Assembly: GCA_963848695.1 (NCBI GenBank)
Contig: CAWKEI010000010.1
Location: forward strand, 85,679-149,678
DNA from: an uncultured Acidobacteriota bacterium
Lineage (GTDB): Bacteria; Actinomycetota; Acidimicrobiia; Spongiisociales; ZC4RG35
Direction of reading: 5' to 3'
Length of the DNA: 64,000 nucleotides
Below the pieces are notes generated by a model. That model was not told the DNA's origin and ran no database searches. It worked only from the letters and a program-made list of their open reading frames with translations. Positions 53,620-64,000 of the stretch are shown here, piece by piece; within the stretch, counting starts at the first letter, position 1; each line of letters begins with the position of its first letter. The position numbers were made by a program, and so were the translations under genes.

Positions 53620-54870
53620 ATGTCCAAACTCGTTGTCGAGGGCGGAGCGCGTCTGCAAGGCACCGTCGGCGTCCTGGGGGCGAAGAACGCCGTCCTCAAG
53701 GAAATGGTCTCGGCGCTGCTCGCCCCGGGCCGGCATCGTCTCACCAACGTCCCGTCCATCCTCGACGTCGGGCTCATGTGCGAGGTCTTGGAGCACACGG
53801 GATGCCGGGTGGAGCAAGGCGACCACGAATTGTGGGTGGTCGTCCCCGACCAACTGCTTCCCGAGGCTCCCATCGAACTGGTTCGGCAGATGCGGGCGTC
53901 GATCGTCGTCCTCGGACCCCTGCTCTCCAGGTGTGGGGAGGCCAGGGTCGCCCTGCCCGGTGGGGATGACCTCGGTGCCCGGCCCATCGACATGCATTTG
54001 AACGGCCTCGAGGCGATGGGGGCCGATTTCGAGCTGGTGCATGGAGAACTGGTGGGACGGGTGGACGGGCGTTTCAAGGGCACCGAAGTCGAGCTTCCAT
54101 TCCCTTCGGTGGGAGCCACCGAGAACCTGTTGTTCGCCGGGGTTCTCGCCGAGGGTGAGACGGTCATCGTGAATGCAGCCCGGGAACCCGAGATCGAGGA
54201 CCTGATCACACAGCTGACCGAGATGGGCGCAAAGATCGCCGGCGGTGGGACCTCTCTGGTGACGATACGCGGCGTGGATCAGCTGTCGCCTGCCGAGCAT
54301 CACGTCGTCCCTGATCGCCTCGAGGCGGGGACATATGCCGCCGCTGCCGCCATCACTGAAGGGGACGTCACGGTGACCGGTTGCTTGCCGGAGCACCTCC
54401 GCATGGAGTTGAGAAAGCTCGAAGAGGCAGGGTGCGAGGTCGAGCAGGGAAATGGCTGGCTCCGCGTCAAAGGCCCGGATCGGCCGACAGCGTTGGATTT
54501 CGCCACGCTGCCGTTCCCTGGCTTTCACACCGACATGCACCCCCAGATGGTTGCCCTGCTCTCGATCGCGTCAGGGACTTCGGTGATCACCGAGAACCTG
54601 TACGACTCCCGATTCCGCTATGTCGGCGAGCTGGCCCGCATGGGCGCCGACATCACCACCGAGGCGCAGCACGCCATCATCCGGGGGGTTGAGAGGCTCT
54701 CCGGTTGCCCAGTCCTCGCCCCAGACATCCGGGCCGGCGCCGCACTCGTGTTGGCCGGTCTCCGCGCCGATGGCACGACCGAAGTCGGCGAGGCCAGTCA
54801 CATCGACAGGGGCTACGAAGAGTTCCCGGAGCGGCTCCGGGCTCTGGGAGCGAGAATCGAGCGGGCGTGA
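53620..54870 (+). CDS. murA: UDP-N-acetylglucosamine 1-carboxyvinyltransferase
   Basis: 416 aa EPT family. The active-site loop reads [13 protein letters not shown], with Asp at the position of the fosfomycin-target Cys. Confidence 0.9.
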   Translation: MSKLVVEGGARLQGTVGVLGAKNAVLKEMVSALLAPGRHRLTNVPSILDVGLMCEVLEHTGCRVEQGDHELWVVVPDQLLPEAPIELVRQMRASIVVLGPLLSRCGEARVALPGGDDLGARPIDMHLNGLEAMGADFELVHGELVGRVDGRFKGTEVELPFPSVGATENLLFAGVLAEGETVIVNAAREPEIEDLITQLTEMGAKIAGGGTSLVTIRGVDQLSPAEHHVVPDRLEAGTYAAAAAITEGDVTVTGCLPEHLRMELRKLEEAGCEVEQGNGWLRVKGPDRPTALDFATLPFPGFHTDMHPQMVALLSIASGTSVITENLYDSRFRYVGELARMGADITTEAQHAIIRGVERLSGCPVLAPDIRAGAALVLAGLRADGTTEVGEASHIDRGYEEFPERLRALGARIERA

Positions 54871-56159
54871 GATTCGGCCGAGCGGTGCTCGCCGTTCTGA
54901 CGTTCGTCCTGTTGTTCGCACCTCCGGCCTTGGCGGTCCGGCCCGAGGGCTCCACCGTCGAGGTGTCGGTGGCCGGCGACGGCTATCTCGAGTTGAACGG
55001 TCGCCGATATCGAGGGCCTTTTCGCATCATCGCGGCATCGGACGGGGCCGCAGTTGTCGAGGTCGCCTCACTCGACGCCTATCTGGAGGGGATCCGGGAG
55101 GTTCCGTTCAGCTGGGACCAGGAAGCCCTCGCCGCCCAAGTGGTGGCCGCCCGGACCTATCTCGCCTGGACCCTCCAGGGTGGCCGGACCGAGAACGGTC
55201 GGCGCATCGGATACGACATCTGTGCCACGGCGGCCTGTCAGGTCTATGCCGGGGTCGAGGCTGTGTTGGGGGAGGATGGGGATCGCTGGCGTGAGGCCGT
55301 GGCCCGGACCTCGGGCGAGATCCTCGTCCACGAAGGAGAGCCCGCCCGGGCGTTCTACTCCTCTACGACGGGTCTCCGGACCAGGAACATCGAGGACATC
55401 TGGGCCGGGTCCGACCCGGCGCCCTACCTGGTCGGGGTTCCCTCGCCGGGTGAGGACAGCCCATTTGTGAGCTGGTCCTGGGAGCTGCCCGGCTATCTGA
55501 TGGAGCAGCTCCTGCGAGAGGCCGACGTCGCCGGAGGCGAGGTCCGGTCGATCGCCACCAGAACGACCGAGGACGGTCAGGGCCCGTGGATGGTCGACAT
55601 CGTCTCCGACACCGGGACCGTGTCGATGGATACCTGGTCGCTCAGATCCAGAATCAACGAGGCCGCGGCCATCCTGCCCGATCTGCTGCCGGCGAAGAGG
55701 CCGAACGGAGTGCCCTATCCGAACACACTTCTCAGCCCGGAGTACTCGATCCGGCGGGAGACGAGGACCAGCAGTGTCGGTGGCGGCGCCCTGGCGATCG
55801 CCCTTCCCTATTACGTGGTCGAGGGAGCCGGCTGGGGGCATCTGATCGGGATGTCGCAGTTCGGGGCTCAGGCAATGGCGGAGGCCGGCTCGACCTATCC
55901 CGAGATCCTCGGCCACTATTACGGCGGGCTAACTCCGGTCCCCGGAGCCGAATTCCTGCCCCAGGAGCTGGCGGTAGGTCTCGTGGTGGGCGCCAACTCG
56001 ATCAAAGTGTCCTCCGAATCGCCTCTGAGCGTGGCCGTTGACGGCGTGCCGGTCGAGGCCACGCAGACCGGGCCCTGGAACTTCATCTGGGTCGATGGTG
56101 TGCTCCAGGTCGCCCCGCCGGTGCGGTACGTGCCATGGGGGCTCCCGGACGAGTTCTGA
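54867..56159 (+). CDS. SpoIID/LytB domain protein
   Basis: Signal/TM then the SpoIID amidase-enhancer domain (FSWDQEALAAQVVAARTY...FYSSTTGLRTRNIEDIW). GTG overlaps the murA stop. Confidence 0.65.
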   Translation: MRFGRAVLAVLTFVLLFAPPALAVRPEGSTVEVSVAGDGYLELNGRRYRGPFRIIAASDGAAVVEVASLDAYLEGIREVPFSWDQEALAAQVVAARTYLAWTLQGGRTENGRRIGYDICATAACQVYAGVEAVLGEDGDRWREAVARTSGEILVHEGEPARAFYSSTTGLRTRNIEDIWAGSDPAPYLVGVPSPGEDSPFVSWSWELPGYLMEQLLREADVAGGEVRSIATRTTEDGQGPWMVDIVSDTGTVSMDTWSLRSRINEAAAILPDLLPAKRPNGVPYPNTLLSPEYSIRRETRTSSVGGGALAIALPYYVVEGAGWGHLIGMSQFGAQAMAEAGSTYPEILGHYYGGLTPVPGAEFLPQELAVGLVVGANSIKVSSESPLSVAVDGVPVEATQTGPWNFIWVDGVLQVAPPVRYVPWGLPDEF

Positions 56160-56218
56160 GCAGCCGACCGACGGTAGAATCCGGAACATCCCCCACTAGG
56201 CAAGGGTTCTTCAAGGCG

Positions 56219-56557
56219 ATGTCAGACACAACACCGGTGACGATCTCGAGCAGCGTCAGGTCCGATGAGGGCCCGATCGACGCCGAGAAGCTGAGAGAGA
56301 CCCTCGAATACATCCGTCCAGCCGTTCAGGCCGACGGTGGAGATCTCGTCTTGCTCGGTACAGACGGCGGCCGGGTCGACATCCAGATGGTTGGCGCTTG
56401 CGGCGGTTGCCCTCTCTCGATGATGACCCTGAAAGCGGGTATCGAACGGATCCTCGTAGATCGGGTCCCCGGTGTGGTCGAAGTGCATGCCAGCGCTGAT
56501 GCTCCCGGTCTCGAAGAGACCGACAGCCCCAACGGCATCACCCTCCCCGCTCTCTGA
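56219..56557 (+). CDS. NifU-like Fe-S cluster scaffold domain protein
   Basis: NifU C-terminal domain motif GACGGCPLSMMTLKAGIERIL. Confidence 0.65.
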   Translation: MSDTTPVTISSSVRSDEGPIDAEKLRETLEYIRPAVQADGGDLVLLGTDGGRVDIQMVGACGGCPLSMMTLKAGIERILVDRVPGVVEVHASADAPGLEETDSPNGITLPAL

Positions 56558-56578
56558 CCTTCCTTAACCTGTCGCCCG

Positions 56579-57290
56579 ATGAGCGACACCGATCTGGCCG
56601 GCCGCGTCCGCGCCGGTGACCGCCGAGCACTTGCTCGCCTGATCAGCGCCATCGAGGCCGGAGACCCTGCCGGCGCGTCGGTGGTCGCATCGCTGGTCGA
56701 ATCTTCGGCCCCGACCCGACGTGTCGGCGTCACCGGGCCTCCCGGAGCGGGGAAATCGACACTGGTCGAGCGCGATGATCGCGGAGCTCAGGTCGAGAGA
56801 GGCCACGGTGGCGGTCCTGGCGGTCGATCCCTCCAGCCCGATCACGGGCGGCGCCCTGCTCGGGGATCGAATCCGGATGCAGGATCACGTTGGAGACCCG
56901 GGCGTCTACGTCCGCTCGATGGCGTCGCGCGGGCACCTCGGCGGCCTCTCCGCTGCTGCGGCCCCCACGATCGCCACGTTGGCCCGGGCCGGTTTCGACA
57001 TCGTCTTGGTGGAGACGGTGGGCGTTGGCCAGTCGGAGTTGGAGGTCATGGACCATGTCGACATCGTGGTCCTCGTCCTCGGGCCCGGTTGGGGTGATCA
57101 GATCCAGGCGGACAAGGCCGGGATCGTCGAGATCGCCGACATCTTCGTCATCAACAAGGCCGACCGCCCCGGAGTAGACATGGTCCACCGAGCCCTCCTG
57201 GACAGGTTGGGCAGCTCTGATGAACCGGTGCTGGTGACCGCCGCCATCAGTGGCGAGGGTGTGCCCGCCCTGGTCGACCTGATCAGATGA
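56579..57290 (+). CDS. meaB: methylmalonyl-CoA mutase-associated GTPase MeaB/ArgK, apparent frameshift at 56780-56790
   Basis: P-loop GVTGPPGAGKSTLVE in frame 1. Continuation IAELRSREATVAVLAVDPSSPITGGALLGDRIRM...VLVETVGVGQSE...INKADR in frame 2. Junction in gagcgcgatgatcgcg. Confidence 0.6.
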
Positions 57291-57291
57291 G

Positions 57292-59929
57292 TCAGATGTC
57301 GCCGCGGTCTGGGTCCAGGGCAGCCTGGGCCGCAGCGAGGCGGGCTCCCTCCACCCGTGGCGGGCTGCACGACACGTAATCCAATCCCAGATCGTGGACG
57401 AAGTAGATCGACGCGGGATCGCCGCCGTGCTCGCCGCAGAGACCGACCACCAGATCCTTGTTGGCCTCCCGACCTTCTTTGGTCGCCACCCGGATCAGGC
57501 GCCCCACCCCTGCCCTGTCGAGGGTCTGGAACGGGTCGGTACTGAAGATGCCCTGCTCCAGGTAGTCGCGGAGGAAGAGACCCTCGGCGTCGTCGCGGCT
57601 CAGCCCGTAGGTCATCTGGGTCAGGTCGTTCGTGCCGAACGAGAAGAAGTCGGCGACCTCGGCGATCTCGCCGGCGGTCAGCGCGGCCCGAGGCAGCTCG
57701 ATCATGGTTCCGATGGGTATGTCCAGGGCAACTCCCGAGTCGGCGGTGGCCTTGGCGATCTCGTCCTCGATCATCTCCCGCATCCGGATCAGCTCCTCGG
57801 CCGCGGCCACCAGCGGGATCATGATCTCGAGATGCGGGGCACCGCCCGCCTGTATGCGTCGGGTCAGGGCAGTCGTGGCAGCGCGGGCCTGCATGCGATA
57901 GAGGTCCTTCAGCATGAGCCCGAGGCGAACTCCGCGCAGCCCCAGCATTGGGTTGTCCTCTTCCCAGCGGGCGACCTGGTCCGACATGGCCTGGAGGTCG
58001 TCGATCGGCCGGCCCGCTCGCACCCGGCGCAGCATCTCCTGCTCGAGCTCGAGGCGGGACGGTAGGAACTCGTGGAGCGGCGGGTCGAGCAGCCTGATCA
58101 CGACCGGCAGCCCGTCCATCGCCTCGAGCAGGCTCTCGAAGTCGCCGATCTGCTGACGCTCGAGGTCGGCGAGCGCTGCGTCTCTCTTCGTCTGGTCGGT
58201 GGACAGGATCACCCTTTGCACGATGGCCAGGCGCTCGCCGAGGAACATGTGCTCGGTCCGGGCCAGCCCGATTCCCTCGGCGCCACGGCTCCGGGCCAAG
58301 GAAGCATCTTCGGCGGTGTCGGCATTTGCCCGGACCCCGAGCCGGCGGTAATCGTCTGCCCACTTCAACAGGTCTTCGAGCTCGGCCGGGACCTCGGGGG
58401 GAACGAGCTCGATCTCCCCCTGGAAGACGGCTCCCGACGTCCCGTCGATGGTGATGATGTCCCCGCGTCGGATATCGATCGGATTCGGTGGAAGCCAGTC
58501 CGGCGCCCGAATCCACCTGGAGCTTCGCTGCCCCGGTGACCGCCGGTTTGCCCATCCCCCTGGCGACAACCGCCGCATGCGAAGTCTTGCCGCCGTGGCT
58601 GGTGAGGATGCCTATCGCGGCCGCCATCCCGTGGATGTCGTCAGGTGTGGTCTCGGAGCGAACCAATATCACTGCCGTCCCGTTCCGAGCCTCTTCGACG
58701 GCTTCGTCCGCGGAGAAGACAACGGCCCCGGTCGCAGCACCGGGTGAGGCGGCCACTCCGATCACCAGTGACGACGAGGTCTTGACCCGGTCGGCGATGC
58801 GGGGCCGATGCAGCTGTTCGAGCGAAGCCGGCTCGACCCTGGTGACTGCCGTCTCCTTGTCGATCAGCCCCTCTCCGACCATCGCCACGGCCATCTTCAC
58901 TGCAGCTGGTGCCGTCCGCTTGCCTGCCCGGGTCTGCAGGATGTAGAGGACATCTCGTTCGATCGTGAACTCGATGTCGCACATGTCCCGATAGTGGGAT
59001 TCGAGCCCGTCCATGATCTCCAACAGCCGCCGATGGCATTCAGGGTGGAGACCGGCCAGCTGGTCGAGGGTCAGCGTGTTGCGGATCCCGGCCACGACGT
59101 CCTCGCCCTGGGCCCGGGGCAGATAGTCCCCGTAGATCGCTCTTTCGCCGGTGCTCGGGTCCCTGGTGAAGCAGACGCCGGTGCCGGAGTCGTCGCCGAG
59201 GTCGCCGAAGACCATCATCTGGACGTTGGCCGCTGTCCCCAGGTCGTCGGGGATGGAGTTGATCCGGCGATATTCGACCGCCCGCTTCGTGTTCCATGAC
59301 CGAAACACCGCGGTGATCGCGCCTCGAAGTTGCTCCATTGCGTCTTCGGGAAGCTCGCCCGGCCGCTCCTCCTCGACGATCTCCCTGAAACGTCCGGTAG
59401 CCGTCTCCAGGTCCTCGGCGGTGAGCTCGGAATCGTCCTCGACCCCCCGTGCCTCCCTCAGCTCGGTCAGGACCTCCTGAAACCGGTGCTCGTCGACGCC
59501 GAGGACCACATTCCCGTACATCTGGATGAAGCGGCGGTAGGCATCCCAGCCGAAGTGGGCGTCACCCGACCAGTCGATGAGAGCCTTGACGACTTCGTCG
59601 TTGATCCCCAGGTTGAGGACGGTGTCCATCATCCCTGGCATCGAGAACTTGGCCCCGGAGCGCACCGAGAGCAAGAGCGGGGCGGCGCCGGTGCCGAACC
59701 CTCGTCCGCTCGCCTGCTCGAGACGGTCGACCGCGGCGTCCACCTCCGGCCACAGATCGGACGGGATTTCCCCGGTGGTCATGGCGGCCCGGCAAACATC
59801 GGTGGTGATCGTGAAGCCCGCCGGCACTGGCAGCCCCAGAGAGGTCATGCGGGCCAGCCCCGCCCCCTTGCCGCCGAGCAGGTCGCGGTCAGACCCGTCG
59901 GTGGCCGAGAAGTCGTACAGATGCGGCAT
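57292..59929 (-). CDS. ppdK: pyruvate, phosphate dikinase, apparent frameshift near 58500
   Basis: N-terminal ATP-grasp half and phospho-His domain (GGKTSHAAVVARGMGKPAVTG) in one frame. C-terminal PEP-utilizing TIM barrel (ORF 57292-58578: RRGDIITIDGTSGAVFQG...GLCGEHGGDP) in another. Confidence 0.75.
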
Positions 59930-60030
59930 CAGGCCATGAAGTTAACGGTCGCGTGCCGTTCGTCGACAGGGCCGATCGCGAAACATCGACGGGTCTTTCG
60001 TCACATGAATCCGAAGTTGGCGGTGGGGCC

Positions 60031-61180
60031 CTAGGTTCTGAGCCCGACGAGCTCTCGGAGTCGGGGGTCGAGCCCGGGTCGGGTGGGCGGATAGTTCTGT
60101 CCGTCGGGTTTGCGGAAGACGGGTTTGTGGTCGGGGTCGTGTTCGATCCGCCATCCGTGTTCATGGAGGAACCGGTGGTGATAGCCACACAACAGGATCA
60201 GATTGTCCAGATCGGTCGGTCCCCCGTCCGCCCAATGTCTGCATGTGGTGGGCGTGAACGAAGTTTCTGGTGCCACAGCCGGGGAATCGACAGCCTCCAT
60301 CCCGGAACCAGAGCTGGTGACGTAACCAGGCTGGGATCAACCGGGAACGACGTCCGATCCCCAACAGTCTCTGGCATGGTGATAGACGGTGCATTCCACG
60401 ATCGGGTCACAGGACAATCTTCGGGCGGTCTCATTGGGAATCACCGGACCACCCTCGATCTCGGCCACCCCGGTGGTGGCCGGATCCTCGGTCAATGCAT
60501 CCGAGATCGGCATGAACGATGATCTGGGTCGGGGATGAGGTGTTCTCATCACCGGTGGTGGTAGCCAGAGTTCGACCAACCCGTCGGCGAGTCGTTGCGG
60601 ATACGGATCGAAAATCCCTGATTCGGGATTCACCGGAATCCGATCCGCTTTCTCCCGGATCGCCGATTCGACCAGATGACAAATCAGGACCGGGTAGATC
60701 GGCGTGGAGACTGCCCCGGATCCCGTCCAGGGTGTATTGGATCGAGAGCCACCGATCCCGCCACGATTCGAGCTCATCCTGAGAAGAAGGAGGATCCGCT
60801 CTCCGGGCAGCACGGTCCAGAGCCGGATTGGACAAACCGAGACATGCGGCGATCACCGCCTCCTCGGTATCCGGGGTGGCCAGCTTCGAGATCGCATCCA
60901 CCTGATCCAACGACAACTCGCCGGCAGCGAACCGTTCCCGCAACACAGGCAGATCCTGGAGCCGACGAGCCACCCGAACCAGTTGCGCGGCAGTCGAGTG
61001 GCGGAGACCGAACCGGGCCGAAACCCACTGGACCAGATTCGGGGAACCATCGGCCAAGAACAGTTGGCCCCGATCCGCCTCCAAGATCCACTCACAAGCC
61101 GCCGCCAAAGCAGCAGCCGAAAGACTCAGAAACTGGCCGATCCCCTCATCGACCTGATCACTCGAATACTCCCTCTCCAT
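60031..61180 (-). pseudogene. degraded DUF222-HNH endonuclease (REP13E12-like) element
   Basis: N-terminal DUF222-like region (ORF 60431-61180). HNH pieces CRFPGCGTR...HAHH (60161-60394) and LILLCGYHHRFLHEHGW (60031-60300) sit in different frames, implying at least three frame breaks. Confidence 0.5.
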
Positions 61181-61266
61181 GGCTCCAACCTACAAAACGG
61201 GTGTGACAGAAACGGGTCAGAAACCGAGCATCCGCAAAGAAATCTGAGGATTTCTCAGGACTCGAT

Positions 61267-62808
61267 TCAGCCCTTGGCGAACAGCTCTTTCAGCGCCTCC
61301 TGATCCTGATTGGCCATGGCATGCTCGGCTTTCAGTGATTCCAGGTCCCGGTAGATCGATGCAACCGCTTCGGTGACACCGCCCTTTCGATAACCGATCA
61401 TCACGTCGTGATCGGCCGGGTCGCCGCGCACGATCTCCTCGTCCCAGTCCTTGGTGTGGCCGACGACGTTGATCGGAATGTCGTAGTGCTGGCTCCAGAA
61501 GAACGGGGGGTCGGTGAAGGAGGTGTCGTGCCCGAGGATGTTCCGGGCTGCGGCCTGCCCTTGCCGTTCTGCCAGGACCCAGTGCTCGATGCGCACCCGG
61601 CCCGAGTTCTGGTCGGGATAGGAGGCCACGTCACCGGCCGCCCATATGTTCGGGTCGCTCGAACGGAGGCGGTCGTCCACGACGACCCCATTGTCGACGT
61701 TCAGCCCGGCCTGCTCGGCCAGAGCGGTGTTGGGGACCACACCCACTCCGATCACTACGAGGTCGGCGGGGAGGGTGCTCCCATCGTCGAGGACCACCTC
61801 CTCGGTCTTGATCTCCGAGACCGTCTTCCCGAGGCGGAACTCGACACCGTGCTCCTCGTGCAGTTGCTGTACGAACCGACCCATCGTCTCGCCGATGATC
61901 GGCACCAGAGGGATGTCTTCGGGGGCGACGACCGTGACCGGGATCTCGCGCTGGCGAAGCGAAGCCGCCACTTCGAGACCGATGAACCCGGCGCCGATCA
62001 CGATGGCGTGGTTGGTTCGGTCCAGTGCGGAGATGATCGACCGGCTGTCTTCCAGCGTTCTCAGATAGTGGACATGGGGCTGGTCCGACCCGGGAATGGG
62101 GAGACGTCTTGGCTCGGCCCCTGGTGCGAGGAGGAGAGCGTCGTAGCCAATGGAACGCCCGTCCTCGAGGGCGACCGCCCGCCCCTCGCTGTCGATCCCG
62201 GTGACCTGTGTCCCGGTGATCAATTCGATGTCATGCTCTTCGTAGAAGGCCTGACTGCGAAGCGGCATCCACTCCTCGGGAGCCGTGCCGGCGAGATAGT
62301 CCTTGGAGACGTTGGGTCGATCGACCGGGGCCTCGAGCCCGATCATGGTGACCGGGCCGGTGTAGCCGAGACGGCGCAGCATCTCGGCGGCGGCCGCCCC
62401 GGCGGCTCCGGAGCCCACGATCACCACTGATTCGGGAGTGACCGGTGGCTCTCGGTCGGGGATAGGAGCATCTACCGGGCCGGTCACATACACCCGCCCG
62501 TCCCGTTCCGACGGCTCGTAGACCTTCAGCGGGTTCAGCGCCGGCGCTCCGACTGCCTCGCCCGTGGCCAGATCGAAGATGGCGTGGTGCCAGGGGCAAT
62601 GGACCTGGCCGTCGACACAGAGCCCGTCGCCGAGTGGGCCGCCGTAATGGGTGCAGGTCCCTGCGACCGCGCACAGCCCTTTGCCGGTGCGAACCACGAT
62701 CACCTGCTTGCCGTCGACCTGGCCCTTCACCGGGGCGTCGGTCTCCAGCGAAGCCAAAGGAATGCCCTCGTTGACCAGGTCGGGCCCGGTCACCTTCGTC
62801 TCCGCCAT
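61267..62808 (-). CDS. Rieske [2Fe-2S] domain fused to FAD/NAD(P)-dependent ferredoxin-reductase-like oxidoreductase
   Basis: Rieske motifs CTHYGGPL and CPWHHAIF. Then GSGAAGAAAA FAD-binding and IVIGAGFIGLE NAD-binding Rossmann motifs, and GDVA. Confidence 0.7.
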   Translation of the reverse strand: MAETKVTGPDLVNEGIPLASLETDAPVKGQVDGKQVIVVRTGKGLCAVAGTCTHYGGPLGDGLCVDGQVHCPWHHAIFDLATGEAVGAPALNPLKVYEPSERDGRVYVTGPVDAPIPDREPPVTPESVVIVGSGAAGAAAAEMLRRLGYTGPVTMIGLEAPVDRPNVSKDYLAGTAPEEWMPLRSQAFYEEHDIELITGTQVTGIDSEGRAVALEDGRSIGYDALLLAPGAEPRRLPIPGSDQPHVHYLRTLEDSRSIISALDRTNHAIVIGAGFIGLEVAASLRQREIPVTVVAPEDIPLVPIIGETMGRFVQQLHEEHGVEFRLGKTVSEIKTEEVVLDDGSTLPADLVVIGVGVVPNTALAEQAGLNVDNGVVVDDRLRSSDPNIWAAGDVASYPDQNSGRVRIEHWVLAERQGQAAARNILGHDTSFTDPPFFWSQHYDIPINVVGHTKDWDEEIVRGDPADHDVMIGYRKGGVTEAVASIYRDLESLKAEHAMANQDQEALKELFAKG

Positions 62809-62869
62809 CGGTCTACCTTTCGCTCCGGTTTCTTTCAACCATAGCGATAGCTTTTAGAAGGAGATCACG

Positions 62870-63634
62870 TCAGGTTTCTGCCCGATAAACCAGCCCCTGA
62901 TCGCCGAGGGCAGTGAGCGTCAACACGTCGCCTTCGACCATGGCCCGGAACCCGTCGCCGAGCACTGTCACCACGTGGCTGTCCTGCGACTCGAGCTCCG
63001 GCGTGCATTCACCTTCGGCCGCCAGCTCCGGCATGTCCACGTCGGCGCCGTTGACCGCAAAACGCCCGTGGAGGGTACGACAGCCGGTCGACCCCAGCAT
63101 GGACCCATCGGTGAACAGCTCGAGCGTGGCTCGTTCGCCGCCCACACTCGACACCGCATCTTCATCGACCATGCTCTCCAGCACCCACACGGTCCCGGTC
63201 AGCTCTGCCGCCGGCACTGCTGGGAGCGCCGCGAACACCAGATCCACCCCCTCACCGGTCAGAGTGAGGCTGTCGTCGGTCGTCGAGAACGTGTCCACCA
63301 TGAGGAGACTCTCGAGATACGTCTGCTCGGATTCCATCACCCCGTCGGCCACGCACGCCATCGCGGTGCCGAACAGCTCGGAGAGGGTGATTTGGTCCCC
63401 AGCGATCTCATAGATCCCCCCGTAGCCGTTGCAAGCAGCGGTTCCGTCGAAGCCCTCGTCGGTAAACGAGATAGTGATCGGGTACCCGTCGACGAGAGGG
63501 ACCGGCTCGCCGTCCACTGTCCCCTCGGTCAGCTCCCATGCGACGCCGGTCGGGTCGCCACCCGGTTCACCCGGCTCGGCACAGGCCGTCATCAACGCCA
63601 CGGCGCAGCCGAGGGCGAGGAACGTCCGGCGCAT
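62870..63634 (-). CDS. lipoprotein with tandem META (HslJ-like, DUF306) domains
   Basis: Lipobox LALGCAVALMTAC. Two repeats each with ACN-Y-G ... L-T-AMAC-style motifs (AACNGYGGIY...AMAC and TGCRTLHGRF). Confidence 0.55.
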   Translation of the reverse strand: MRRTFLALGCAVALMTACAEPGEPGGDPTGVAWELTEGTVDGEPVPLVDGYPITISFTDEGFDGTAACNGYGGIYEIAGDQITLSELFGTAMACVADGVMESEQTYLESLLMVDTFSTTDDSLTLTGEGVDLVFAALPAVPAAELTGTVWVLESMVDEDAVSSVGGERATLELFTDGSMLGSTGCRTLHGRFAVNGADVDMPELAAEGECTPELESQDSHVVTVLGDGFRAMVEGDVLTLTALGDQGLVYRAET

Positions 63635-63645
63635 GCCGAATCAGG

Positions 63646-64000
63646 TCAGGACTGGGCCGACTCGTCGACGACGAACAGGAGGTCGACAGCTTCGCCGGAG
63701 AGGTTGAGCTCGTCGCCCTCCATGGTGAAGATCTCGACCTGCATGAGTGCGTCCAAGTAGGCGGCCTCGGAGTCCATGATCTCGGGCGGATCGCAAGCCA
63801 TCATCGTCGACCCGAGCCCGTCGAAGGTGAGCGTGTTGCCGGAAAGTTCGTAGGCACCGAAGTATTGGTTGCAGGCGGATGTGCCACCGATCGTTCCCTC
63901 ATCTACGTTGAAGGTCAGGGTGATGGGGTGATCGGCGACCAGAGGTATGTCAGCCCCGTCGAGAGTTCCGGCCTGAAGCACCCAGGAATTGGCGGTGGGG
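63646..64000 (-). CDS. META-domain protein, 5'-truncated by window end
   Basis: TSACNQYFGAYELSGNTLTFDGLGSTMMACDPP is paralogous to the neighbouring META domains. The ORF runs off the window. Confidence 0.45.
   Translation of the reverse strand, partial: PTANSWVLQAGTLDGADIPLVADHPITLTFNVDEGTIGGTSACNQYFGAYELSGNTLTFDGLGSTMMACDPPEIMDSEAAYLDALMQVEIFTMEGDELNLSGEAVDLLFVVDESAQS

Noticed and set aside
53548-54540. N-terminal 330 aa of the 477-aa minus-strand ORF upstream of rpiB
   Set aside because: Only the last 146 aa (from [11 protein letters not shown]) are RpiB. The remainder is antisense to murA and is spurious read-through upstream of the real start.
56579-57290. meaB as evidence of a B12-dependent mutase operon
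   Set aside because: No methylmalonyl-CoA or isobutyryl-CoA mutase gene is present in the window. The gene is flanked by nifU-like and ppdK, so the function of this orphan meaB cannot be inferred here.
57394-58065. Several + strand ORFs (57394-58065, 58072-58539, 59330-60034)
   Set aside because: Antisense to ppdK.

Overview
High-GC (about 68-70%) actinobacterial-type chromosome segment, possibly Acidimicrobiia-like. Most of it is housekeeping genes: mdh, the sdhCAB operon, gltX followed by tRNA-Glu, murA, rpiB, ilvE, hppA, rnhA and ppdK. Embedded in this is an unusually elaborate Tad/Flp pilus system. On the + strand (24.2-30.4 kb) there is a near-complete tad operon: cpaB, cpaE/tadZ, cpaF/tadA, tadB, tadC, an unannotated 59-aa Flp pilin, tadE, tadE and a tadG-like gene. 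On the - strand (1.8-11.4 kb) there are three diverged tandem cassettes, each of the form tadE - tadE - large Cys-rich TadG-like protein of 400-500 aa. These look like an expanded repertoire of pseudopilins or tip adhesins. Other notable content includes a Zn-ribbon / circularly-permuted ATP-grasp / alpha-E / transglutaminase operon and the proteasome activator Bpa with a variant C-terminal motif. There is also a WhiB regulator, an HNH endonuclease directly downstream of tRNA-Glu(CTC), and a heavily degraded DUF222-HNH (REP13E12-like) element. An important caveat is that at least nine conserved genes show single-nucleotide frame disruptions, usually in G/C runs: cpaB, a dsbA/frnE-like gene (two compensating shifts), cofC, meaB, ppdK, two of the three TadG-like paralogs and one tadE. 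This most likely reflects indel errors in the assembly rather than wholesale pseudogenization. Gene boundaries at those sites are therefore approximate.
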